DNA of 64,000 nucleotides from Kiritimatiellia bacterium (GTDB lineage Bacteria; Verrucomicrobiota; Kiritimatiellia; RFP12; JAAYLN01): NCBI GenBank assembly GCA_045627605.1, contig JAZQOA010000139.1, positions 32,680 to 96,679 of the forward strand, read 5' to 3'. Shown piece by piece: positions 54,741 to 64,000 of this stretch (position 1 is its first letter; each line of letters starts with the position of its first letter). The notes under the pieces were generated by a model. It saw only the letters and a program-made list of their open reading frames with translations, ran no database searches and was not told where the DNA came from. The position numbers and the translations under genes were made by a program.

Positions 54741-57700
54741 ATGGTCAATGCTTTTCGCTGGGCAAAGTTAGGCGCAGGGAAGTCGCGCATCAGGTTTGAT
54801 GAGGGCGAAGTCTCTTCGGCGAAGTCGAGGTGCGGGGGTCTTCTCCGCAAAGGACTGGTGGCGGTTTGTGCGCTCGTCGTTTCCGGCAGCGCCATGGCCG
54901 CGACCTGGTGGGTCGCGACGGACGGCAGCGATGCGGCGGCGGGCAGCGAGGAGGCGCCGTTCGCGACGCTCTCGAACGCCTTCGCCCATGCGTCGGGCGA
55001 AACGCGCGACACAATCCGCATCAAGGACGGCACGTATCCCTCGACGGGCGCAATCATCGTCAACAAGGCGGTGGAAATCGTCGGCAACGATGCCGACCGC
55101 TCGCAGGTTGTCATCGACGGCGAGAAGACGAAGGCGCTGCTCGGCATCAGCCATGCGGACGTCTTCGTGCACGGCATTACCTTTGCGAACGGAGGGAGTA
55201 CGGCGACTATTCCCAATGTGTCGCATCCCTCGTTTTTCGCCTGTAACTTTGAGATGTCGGCCGGTGTCGTCTCCAACTGCACGATCAAGTCCGGTAAGTC
55301 GACATACACGGGCAATCTGGCGATGATGCACGGGGCGCCGAAACTCATCGACTGTCTTCTTGACAATGGCGCCATGAACGATACTGGCTCTCTCGCCTGT
55401 CGCGGTGGTGGCGTGAAGATGTCAGGATCCGCCGAAATGATTAACTGCGTGGTCACGAACTGCTGCGCGGCGCTCGGCGCGGGTGTGTATATGGAAAGCT
55501 CCGCCAAGCTTTATGGTTGCAAGGTCGTCGGGAATCGCGTGAGATCCGATGCGTCCAACGCCGGTCTCTATGTCAGCGGTTCGGCCGTTGTCTCCAACTG
55601 CGTCGTCCGCGACAACGTCACGTCCGACGCAAAGCCGGCGCCGGCGCGCGGCGTCTACCAGACGGGCGGCACGATTATCAATACGCTTATCACCGGACAT
55701 GCCTCGTCCAATGGCGGCGGTGTCTATAAGACCAACGGTTCGCTCGTCAACTGCACGGTCGCAGGCAACACGGCGACGACGGCGGGTGCGGGCGTCTACC
55801 AAACTAACGGTTCGATCGTCAACACCGCGGTCGGTTCGCTTACTTCGATGGACGCGGTGAAGCTGGCGGGCGGTACGGCGTCGCATTCGTGCGGCACGGG
55901 CCTCACGACGGACGCGAACGGCAACTTCGGCGTGAACCCGATCTTCCGCGACGAGGCGAACGGCGACTATACGCTGAAGGGCTCGTCGCCGTGCGTCGAC
56001 GCGGGCGAGGAGAAGGCCTGGCATGCGGACGCGAAGGACATTTCTGGCGAGAACGCCCGCGTCCTCGACGGTAATGGCGACGGCGTTGCGGCGGTAGACA
56101 TCGGCGCGTACGAGTACGATTCGACGAAGGCGCCGCTGGAGCTCTCGTTCTCGGCGGTGGCGGAAGCGGGAGACGATTTGCCGCGCACGACCGTTTTCAA
56201 ACCGTGCTTCGAGGGCGCTTACGGCGAAGTCACGAAGGTCGTCTGGGACTTTGGTGACGGTACAACCGATGAGAGAACGACGCTCGAACCGGTCGAACAC
56301 CAATACGAGTCCGCCGGCTATTTCACTGTGAAGCTTACGGTTACGACGACCGAGGCGGGCGAGAAGACGAGCGAGATGAAAGATGCGGTGAAGATTAAGC
56401 CGACGACCGTTTACATGTCGACGACGGGGTCGGCGACGCCGCCGTATGACTCGCCCGCCAGGGCGACTGCGAGCATTGCGGATGCGCTTTCGGCGCTGGC
56501 GATTCCGGCAACGGGGCGGGCGCGCATCATCGTCGACGACGGCACGTATGACGCGCCAGAGCTCAGGCAAATCATTGATAACCCGATTGAGATCGTGGGC
56601 AACGACGCGAATCCGACGGCCGTCACCTTCGACGGACAGAATGCGCGGTCGTTCGCCGCGTTGAACCATGCCGACGCGTTCGTTCACGGCATTCGCGTCT
56701 ACCGTGCGAAGATCGGAAGCGTTTCGCAGACCGTCAGCGGATGCGGCTCCTACTCCGGCTCGCCCTTTGAGGTGGTGAAGGGCGTCATCTCGAATTGCGT
56801 TATGGAGACGTGCAGCGGCGGATTTGCCGGAGGCATCTCCGTTCAGAACAACACCTCGGCGAAGGTCTATGACACGTTGATCACCGGCATCACGACGTCC
56901 GATCACGGTTCTGCCGGCTATGGCGGCGGATTGCGCGTCTACGGCGGATTGGTGCAGAACTGCGTCATATCGAACAGCGCCTGCAAGTACGGTTCCGGCG
57001 CATATGTCAAGGGCGGCACGGTCCGCGGCTGTCTTTTCGTCGACAATGCGGGATCGGATGCGGCTGCCGGCGCTGGCATCTACCTTGAGGGCGGCACGGT
57101 CGAGAACTGTGTCATTGTCAGAAACAAGACGGCGTCTGGAGGTTCGGGCGGCGGCGCGTATGTCTGCGGCGGGACGCTGCGGAACTCGCTGGTCGCCTGG
57201 AACTCGACGCCGAGCGGCACGGGTAGCGGCGCGTTCTTGAAGTCCGGCAACATCCAGAATTGCACGGTCGCCGAGAATGAGGGCGGCACCGTCTGCAATG
57301 GTGTGCACCTGACGGGCGGTACGCTCGTCAACTCGGCTGTGAGCGGCGTGGCGGCGCCCGTCAACATCGTGAGTGGCACGGTGAAGAGCTGTTGCGCCCT
57401 GTCGCTGGCGACGGATGCGACGACAGGCAACACCCAGGCCGAGCCGGGGTTCCGCGATGCGGCGGCGGGCGATTTCACGCTGCTCGGGTCTTCGAAGTGC
57501 GTTGATGCGGGCGAGGAGCTTCCCTGGCATGCGGACGCGACGGATCTCACGGGCGAGACGCCGCGCGTCCTGCGGGGGAAGGTTGCGGAGCGCGTCGACA
57601 TCGGCGCGTACGAGTACGATCCGTCGAAAGCGCCGGCGTCGATCTCGTTTTCTGTGACGGGTGGCGAGGCGGTCGTGACGCCGCATACCGCAACCTTCAC

Positions 57701-59087
57701 CCTGTCGCCGGAAGGTGAGTGCGGCGAGATCACGAGCTGCACGTGGGATTTCGGCGATGGGGAGTCCGAATCGACGGACAGTCCGGATCCCGTGTCCCAC
57801 ACCTATGCGGACGTCGGCTTCTACACGGTTTCGGTGTCGGTTGAGACGACGCTCAGGGGGACGCTCTCGGCGACGAATTCCCCTGCGGTGCGCATCAAGC
57901 CGTCCGTTGTCTACGTGGCGACGAACGGCACGCACGTCGCACCGTTCCACACCTTGACGACGGCGGCGACCAACATCACTGACGCCTTGAAGGAGCTTGG
58001 CTATCCGACGGACGGCACGCGGGCGAAGGTGATTGTCTCCGATGGCATCTATCCGGCGCCCAGGGAACGCGTGAACCTGTCGACGGCGGTCGAGATCGCC
58101 GGCAATGACGCCGATCCGACGGCGGTCACGATTGACGGCGAGAATGCACGCGAGTTCTTCTTCCTCGACCATGCGCAGGTGTTCGTTCACGGTCTGCGTT
58201 TCTACCGCGGGTATGGAAACTCGTCGGCGAGTTCTGCCGAGGGAGCGCCGACCTATGCCCATGCGCTGTTTGAGATCCGTCAGGGAATTGCGTCAAATTG
58301 CGTATTCGAATCCAACAACAACTGGTTTGCTCCTCTGTCGGCTTGGAAAACCGGCGTTCTGGTCGACTCCCTGATTTCCGGTGGCACCAACCGCGATGGC
58401 AACGGCTATTCCGGCGGCGCGGGTCACGGCGGCGGCATGAAGCTCTTCGACTCGGCGGTCTGCCGCGGCTGCACGTTCACGAATTGCACGGCACGCTGGG
58501 GCGGGGCGCTCGCGATCCGCGGCGGAACGGCCGAGAACTGCACGTTCGTTGGCAATAAGGCGTCTGGCGGGGATAACAACGGCAACTGGGGTGGTGGTGT
58601 CTACCAGACGGCTGGCACGTTGCGCGGTGCGCTTATCGTCGGCAACAAGGCCAACAATGGTGCGGGTGGACTTCATCAGGAAGGCGGCACGGCGGTCAAC
58701 GTGACGATTGCGGACAACGTCTCGCCGGCGTCGGCGGGTGCGAAGGTGGCGGGGACGCTCGTCAACTCGATTGTCGTCGGGAAGGGCGAGTACGATCCGG
58801 CGAATCCGCCGCTTGTCGTGAGCGGCGCGGGCTCGGTCCGAAAATGCTGTTCGCCTTCGCTTGACGCGGCGGACTGCCTGTCGGACGATCCGCGGTTCGT
58901 CCGGCGCGAAGCCGGAAATTACGCTATCCGCAAGTCCTCGAAGTGCGTGGGCTTCGGTGACAACGCGGCATGGCCGAACCTCGAGGCGGCCGTTGACCTA
59001 AGCGGTCAGCCGCGTCTCCGGGGATTGCAAATTGATCTTGGCGGCTACGAGTCGAATGGCGGGGGCTTCCTGATGATCGTGAGATAG
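54741..59087 (+). CDS. giant secreted right-handed beta-helix repeat protein (three modules, two PKD-like domains)
   Basis: I place the start at ATG 54741 (MVNAFRW...); the track start 54687 is TTG. A hydrophobic signal segment LVAVCALVVSGSAMA|ATWWVATDGSD follows a ~35-aa basic extension. PKD-like WDFGDG occurs at nt 56244 and 57744, and DIGAYEYD caps at 56097 and 57597. The C-terminus is ...DLGGYESNGGGFLMIVR. Confidence 0.85.
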   Translation: MVNAFRWAKLGAGKSRIRFDEGEVSSAKSRCGGLLRKGLVAVCALVVSGSAMAATWWVATDGSDAAAGSEEAPFATLSNAFAHASGETRDTIRIKDGTYPSTGAIIVNKAVEIVGNDADRSQVVIDGEKTKALLGISHADVFVHGITFANGGSTATIPNVSHPSFFACNFEMSAGVVSNCTIKSGKSTYTGNLAMMHGAPKLIDCLLDNGAMNDTGSLACRGGGVKMSGSAEMINCVVTNCCAALGAGVYMESSAKLYGCKVVGNRVRSDASNAGLYVSGSAVVSNCVVRDNVTSDAKPAPARGVYQTGGTIINTLITGHASSNGGGVYKTNGSLVNCTVAGNTATTAGAGVYQTNGSIVNTAVGSLTSMDAVKLAGGTASHSCGTGLTTDANGNFGVNPIFRDEANGDYTLKGSSPCVDAGEEKAWHADAKDISGENARVLDGNGDGVAAVDIGAYEYDSTKAPLELSFSAVAEAGDDLPRTTVFKPCFEGAYGEVTKVVWDFGDGTTDERTTLEPVEHQYESAGYFTVKLTVTTTEAGEKTSEMKDAVKIKPTTVYMSTTGSATPPYDSPARATASIADALSALAIPATGRARIIVDDGTYDAPELRQIIDNPIEIVGNDANPTAVTFDGQNARSFAALNHADAFVHGIRVYRAKIGSVSQTVSGCGSYSGSPFEVVKGVISNCVMETCSGGFAGGISVQNNTSAKVYDTLITGITTSDHGSAGYGGGLRVYGGLVQNCVISNSACKYGSGAYVKGGTVRGCLFVDNAGSDAAAGAGIYLEGGTVENCVIVRNKTASGGSGGGAYVCGGTLRNSLVAWNSTPSGTGSGAFLKSGNIQNCTVAENEGGTVCNGVHLTGGTLVNSAVSGVAAPVNIVSGTVKSCCALSLATDATTGNTQAEPGFRDAAAGDFTLLGSSKCVDAGEELPWHADATDLTGETPRVLRGKVAERVDIGAYEYDPSKAPASISFSVTGGEAVVTPHTATFTLSPEGECGEITSCTWDFGDGESESTDSPDPVSHTYADVGFYTVSVSVETTLRGTLSATNSPAVRIKPSVVYVATNGTHVAPFHTLTTAATNITDALKELGYPTDGTRAKVIVSDGIYPAPRERVNLSTAVEIAGNDADPTAVTIDGENAREFFFLDHAQVFVHGLRFYRGYGNSSASSAEGAPTYAHALFEIRQGIASNCVFESNNNWFAPLSAWKTGVLVDSLISGGTNRDGNGYSGGAGHGGGMKLFDSAVCRGCTFTNCTARWGGALAIRGGTAENCTFVGNKASGGDNNGNWGGGVYQTAGTLRGALIVGNKANNGAGGLHQEGGTAVNVTIADNVSPASAGAKVAGTLVNSIVVGKGEYDPANPPLVVSGAGSVRKCCSPSLDAADCLSDDPRFVRREAGNYAIRKSSKCVGFGDNAAWPNLEAAVDLSGQPRLRGLQIDLGGYESNGGGFLMIVR

Positions 59088-59152
59088 GAGCCTGCTGTGA
59101 ATTTGAGCCGTGTAGAGGTGTAGAGATGGGGAGTCCAGCACCAGCGCGCATG

Positions 59153-59186
59153 AAAAAAGGCCGGCGGAATCCCGCCGGCCTTTTTT
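59153..59186. terminator. bidirectional rho-independent terminator
   Basis: AAAAAA-GGCCGGCGG-AATC-CCGCCGGCC-TTTTTT: a perfect 9-bp GC stem. It sits between the convergent genes ending at 59087(+) and 59208(-). Confidence 0.75.
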
Positions 59187-59207
59187 CGCCCTACAGTATG
59201 AAAGCCG

Positions 59208-60467
<1,260 letters not shown>

Positions 60468-60478
60468 TTTGGGACGCC

Positions 60479-61492
60479 TTACTTCACAAGGTTGCGCTTG
60501 ACGAGTTCCTCGGCGATTTCGACGGCGTTGAGGGCCGCGCCGCGGAGAAGCTGGTCGCCCGAGACGAACATTTCGAGCCCGCGCTTGTCGTTGCGCGAAA
60601 TGTCCTGGCGGATGCGGCCGGCGAGAACATCGTACTTCGCCGTCGCGTCAAGCGGCATCGGGTAGGCGTTGGCGAGCGGATCGTCGACGACCTTGACGCC
60701 GGTGCTCTTCGCGAGGATTTCGCGCGCCTCGGCGGGCGTGATTTCCTCCTCGAACTCGAGGTTGAGCGACTCGGAGTGGGCGCGGGGAATCGGCACGCGC
60801 ACGCAGGTGCACGAAACGAGCAGGTCGGGGGCGTGGAGCATCTTGCGCGCCTCGTTGCGCATCTTGAGCTCCTCGAGCGTATACCAGTTGGTCTCGTCGA
60901 ACTTGTCGATGTGGGGAATCAGGTTGTAGGTGAGCTGGTGGGCGAAGGCCTCGACTTTGAGTGGCTTGCCCGCCGCCATGTCGTGCATCTGGTCCTCAAG
61001 TTCCTGCATGCCCTTGGCTCCGGCGCCGGAAGCGGCCTGGTAGGTGGAGGCGACGAGGCGGCGGAGTTTTTTGACGCGGTGCAACGGCGCCACGGCCTCG
61101 AGCATGATCGCGGTCGTGCAGTTGGGGTTGGCGATGACGCCCTTGTGTCCTTCGAGGTCTTCGGCGTTGACCTGCGGAACGACGAGCGGCACGTCCGGAT
61201 CCTGGCGGAAGGCGCGGGAGTTGTCGATCATCACGGCGCCAGCCGCGACGACGGCGTCCTTGAACTCGATCGAGGCGCTGGTGCCGCCCGCGAAGAGAAC
61301 GATGTCGAGGCCCTTGAAGGAGTCCTTGGTCGTGGGAAGCACGTGGAATGTCTCCCCGGCGATAACCTCGTCGCGTTCGCGCGAGGCGAAAACCTGGATG
61401 GATTCGGCGGGGAACTGGCGCGAGCGGAGCACGCTGATCATTTCGGCGCCCACTGCGCCGACGCCGACGAGACCGACTTTGTACTGTTTCAT
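60479..61492 (-). CDS. asd: aspartate-semialdehyde dehydrogenase
   Basis: 337 aa with [18 protein letters not shown] (active-site Cys) and YQAASGAG. Confidence 0.95.
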   Translation of the reverse strand: MKQYKVGLVGVGAVGAEMISVLRSRQFPAESIQVFASRERDEVIAGETFHVLPTTKDSFKGLDIVLFAGGTSASIEFKDAVVAAGAVMIDNSRAFRQDPDVPLVVPQVNAEDLEGHKGVIANPNCTTAIMLEAVAPLHRVKKLRRLVASTYQAASGAGAKGMQELEDQMHDMAAGKPLKVEAFAHQLTYNLIPHIDKFDETNWYTLEELKMRNEARKMLHAPDLLVSCTCVRVPIPRAHSESLNLEFEEEITPAEAREILAKSTGVKVVDDPLANAYPMPLDATAKYDVLAGRIRQDISRNDKRGLEMFVSGDQLLRGAALNAVEIAEELVKRNLVK

Positions 61493-61552
61493 GTTTTGGG
61501 GTGTCCTTGTTGCCGCGGGGAAAGCCGCGTTGGTTTTAAGTTGGATGTGGAG

Positions 61553-61588
61553 TGCAAAAAAGAAGGCGCGGCGTCTTGCGCCGCGCCT
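61553..61588 (-). terminator. rho-independent terminator after the long greA-like gene
   Basis: On the minus strand, GGCGCGGCG-CAAGA-CGCCGCGCC is followed by TTCTTTTTTGC. It lies directly downstream of the stop at 61600. Confidence 0.6.
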
Positions 61589-61599
61589 CGTTGAGCGCC

Positions 61600-63780
61600 T
61601 TAGGCGTTTTCAGCAATAGGCTGGCCGATCCATTCGCGGACGGCCGCCGAAAGCGGGGCAATCGCCTTGACGACGACGTTTTCTTCTCCGACAACCGTTG
61701 GGATGGCCACGGTGTCGCCGACTTTCCTGCCGTCGAAAATCTTCGCGAGGCGGCTGCGGCTGGGAAGAATGCCAAGCCCCTCGTCGCTGTCCCACTCGCC
61801 AAGGATGGAGTAGGTGAGTGTCGAGCCATCGGCCTTCTCAAGTGTGACCTCCGTGCCGGGAGCGACCACCGAGAAGTCCGTGACGGTATCGTAGAACGAC
61901 GCGCCATGCATCTTTTCGAGCTCGACGCTCCACTCTTCGCGGCGGGCGAGGAGGATGCGCTGCTGGTCCTTGGCCGACTGGTACTCGAAGTTTTCACGCA
62001 AGTCGCCGTAGCCACGCGCGAAGGCGATGTCCTGCGTGTTTTTCGGAATCTCGACTTCGACGAGCTGGCGGAACTGTTCGAGCCGCTGGCGGAGCGAATG
62101 CCAGGAGGTGTAGTGGAGCTCGGGGGCCTCGGCCTTCGGCGCGGAGGAGAGCTTCTTGCCGACGAGCTTCGGGTTGAGCTCTGACATCTTCTTGACAAGT
62201 GCGCGCTGGAGCTTCGGCTCGGCAACGGCGGCGTTGGACTGCAGACGCATGAAAAGCGCTTCCTGCTGGAGGGCGCTGAGAGAGCCGAAGGCTGTCTCGA
62301 ACCAGGATTCGACCTTGGCGTAGAGATCCCGGATGTAGTGCTGCATGTGGAGCTGTTCGCCGGCGGCCGCCTGGTCTTCGCAGATGGCGATGGCGTGCTC
62401 CATGAGTTCGTAGAGCGAGGGGAGCTTCCAGTCGGCGAGGTCGTCCCACTTGTTGTCGCGGAGCGCCCAGACGACGAGCGGCGCGGGGGCCGAGGTCGAG
62501 GAAAGAAGCTCGCGGACGCGGTCCTGAAGCGGCCTGAGGAATTCGGACTTCTCGCGGAGAACGCCGAGTGTCTGCTTCAGGAGGCTGTAGTTCATGTCGG
62601 GAAGGTGCTCGAGAAGCAACCCGACGGCTTCGGGACGGGTGTCGACGATGAAGGCGATCATTTCGCCGGCCTCGCCGACCGAGAGCTTGTCTCCGGCGTG
62701 GAGGAAGCGCTCGTCGTCGAGAAGCACTTCGACGAGTTCTTCGCGCGGCGTCGTGATCTTCAGGCGCTGCGCCATGAGGACGAGGCGGGTGAACATCGGC
62801 GGCGGATAGAGGAAGGCGCCGTTGATCGCGAACATCAGCCTGTCGGAAAGAACTTCAAGCGCGAACGGCGAGACTTCCGGCTTGTTCGTGGCGTGTTCGT
62901 AGACCGAAATCGTATCGAAAAGCTCGGGGATGTTCTTGATCTTCTTCAGCTCCCTGAACCAGCCGTCGTCGTAGAGCAGGGCGGTGCTGCGGATGGTGAT
63001 CGGGTCGGAACGTTTGGCCGGAATGTTGACGAGGGGATCCTCGGAGAGGGCCTTGCGGGCGCGCGCCCAGAAACCCTTCCAGTCCGCTTCCTTGACGATG
63101 CCGTAGGTGTTGAGGAGGGCCTGGAGCCGGATGATGGTCGATGGACCGAAACTGGCAATCGCCGTCTTGACAAGTTCGCCGGGCTGTTTCGCGACCATGG
63201 CCTCCAGGGCGGCGGGATCGTCATGGGCGATGGAAAGAATGTGGCTTGCCGGAATGGATTTCAGGGTTTCCGCCGCGTACTCGAACGACATCGCATGCCC
63301 GGGTTTGCTCGGGAAATCGATGTAGACCTTGGAGTTGAATGCGTCGACGTGCTTGACTTCGCCAAGGCCCCAGGTCTTGTCGAAAAACGTGGCTCCGGCC
63401 TTGAGTGAGCGGAGCACGGCGAGGCGGCGGAACGATTCGGAGGGCTTGACCTTGCCGAATTTCGCGTTGTCAACGAATTTGAGAAGGGTGCGGTCTTGGG
63501 TGGCCTTGCGGATGACTTGCGGGATCGGCGCCCCAAAAGTCACGGCATCGGCATTCCACGCGGCCTTCTTCGCGAGGACTTTGAGGAGCCCGTCGATGTC
63601 CTTGGCCTTGGTAAGCTCCTCCTGGAGGGCGCTGGCCATTTTGTCCGCCGTGTAGCTTTTGATTTCGTGCGCGGTGTCGAGGTCCTTGAGAAGGGCGTCG
63701 CAATCCACGGGCGCCTGCTTCAATGCTTCGTTGAAGTTGAATTCAAGCGTCTTGATGTCCGCCGAGTTAGAGTCTTCCAT
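61600..63780 (-). CDS. greA: long GreA-family transcription elongation factor (N-terminal ~570-aa extension)
   Basis: The C-terminal ~155 aa are GreA-like (ARGYGDLRENFEYQSAKDQQ...SILGEWDSD...ILPSRSRLAKIFDGRKVGD). I place the start at ATG 63778-63780 behind AAGGGG; the TTG at 63807 is the alternative. Confidence 0.8.
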   Translation of the reverse strand: MEDSNSADIKTLEFNFNEALKQAPVDCDALLKDLDTAHEIKSYTADKMASALQEELTKAKDIDGLLKVLAKKAAWNADAVTFGAPIPQVIRKATQDRTLLKFVDNAKFGKVKPSESFRRLAVLRSLKAGATFFDKTWGLGEVKHVDAFNSKVYIDFPSKPGHAMSFEYAAETLKSIPASHILSIAHDDPAALEAMVAKQPGELVKTAIASFGPSTIIRLQALLNTYGIVKEADWKGFWARARKALSEDPLVNIPAKRSDPITIRSTALLYDDGWFRELKKIKNIPELFDTISVYEHATNKPEVSPFALEVLSDRLMFAINGAFLYPPPMFTRLVLMAQRLKITTPREELVEVLLDDERFLHAGDKLSVGEAGEMIAFIVDTRPEAVGLLLEHLPDMNYSLLKQTLGVLREKSEFLRPLQDRVRELLSSTSAPAPLVVWALRDNKWDDLADWKLPSLYELMEHAIAICEDQAAAGEQLHMQHYIRDLYAKVESWFETAFGSLSALQQEALFMRLQSNAAVAEPKLQRALVKKMSELNPKLVGKKLSSAPKAEAPELHYTSWHSLRQRLEQFRQLVEVEIPKNTQDIAFARGYGDLRENFEYQSAKDQQRILLARREEWSVELEKMHGASFYDTVTDFSVVAPGTEVTLEKADGSTLTYSILGEWDSDEGLGILPSRSRLAKIFDGRKVGDTVAIPTVVGEENVVVKAIAPLSAAVREWIGQPIAENA

Positions 63781-64000
63781 AATTTCCCCTTTTTGTTGCT
63801 TTCGCAACGTTGAAAATCAAAGTCGTAAAGTAAATAGAATACCACAAAGACCATTGATAGGCAAATGGAGGCGATGCGCCAGCGGCGCTGTTAAGAGTTG
63901 GGAGTTCAGAGTTGGGAGTTGCAAGTCGTCCTCCCGCGTGACCGCCGCGCCGAGGGTGCGGTTACCCCGCAAGAGCCGGTAGCATCAGTAAGAGGAGGTG

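Noticed and set aside
55422-58262. 946-aa minus-strand ORF inside the 1448-aa beta-helix gene
   Set aside because: Its composition is dominated by Arg/Ala/Asp/Val, with no signal or motifs. The + strand frame has a signal peptide, PKD motifs and paralogs.
63894-63920. Tandem 13-mer AGAGTTGGGAGTT x2 (14-nt period) upstream of the long greA
   Set aside because: There are only two copies, close to the window edge. They could be an operator, but there is too little evidence to call it.

Overview
High-GC bacterial chromosomal window with about 45 supportable protein genes. I recognised no rRNA, tRNA, CRISPR array, transposase or integrase. Housekeeping genes are a partial Nif3, cca, ung, type-2 ileS, icd, asd and an unusually long (726 aa) GreA-type factor. 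Long GreA is known from Chlamydiae, so together with the gene content I infer a PVC-superphylum host (Lentisphaerota/Verrucomicrobiota-like). Glycan and sugar metabolism is prominent: two GH20-type genes, a GH2, a TAT-signal GH109-like Gfo/Idh/MocA enzyme, a split transketolase, a sugar-phosphate isomerase, an enolase-superfamily dehydratase plus SDR, and a GlpA-like FAD-oxidoreductase/DUF1667 operon. The accessory content is the interesting part. (i) Three small acidic CesT/SycE-like genes (class I type III secretion chaperone-like): one is paired with a J-domain (HPD) protein, and two are translationally coupled in front of a 1222-aa protein with no recognisable domain. (ii) A 1159-aa orphan protein with a tandem ~205-aa internal duplication. 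(iii) Three signal-peptide beta-helix proteins (1437, 704 and 1448 aa), two of them built from three ~500-codon modules. All three end in a short hydrophobic-then-basic C-terminal tail (GFIMIVK / GFLMIVR / VLILSIR) that matches no sorting signal I know. (iv) An AT-richer island of four zinc-ribbon/CD225/DUF4190/DUF2752 membrane-protein genes with mosaic DNA-level duplication. (v) REP-like GC hairpins, a 5'-truncated DUF4143 ATPase remnant, and a structured intergenic region with an orphan terminator. Most long ORFs opposite these genes are high-GC shadow ORFs and were rejected. All family assignments come from reading motifs by eye; no database search was run.
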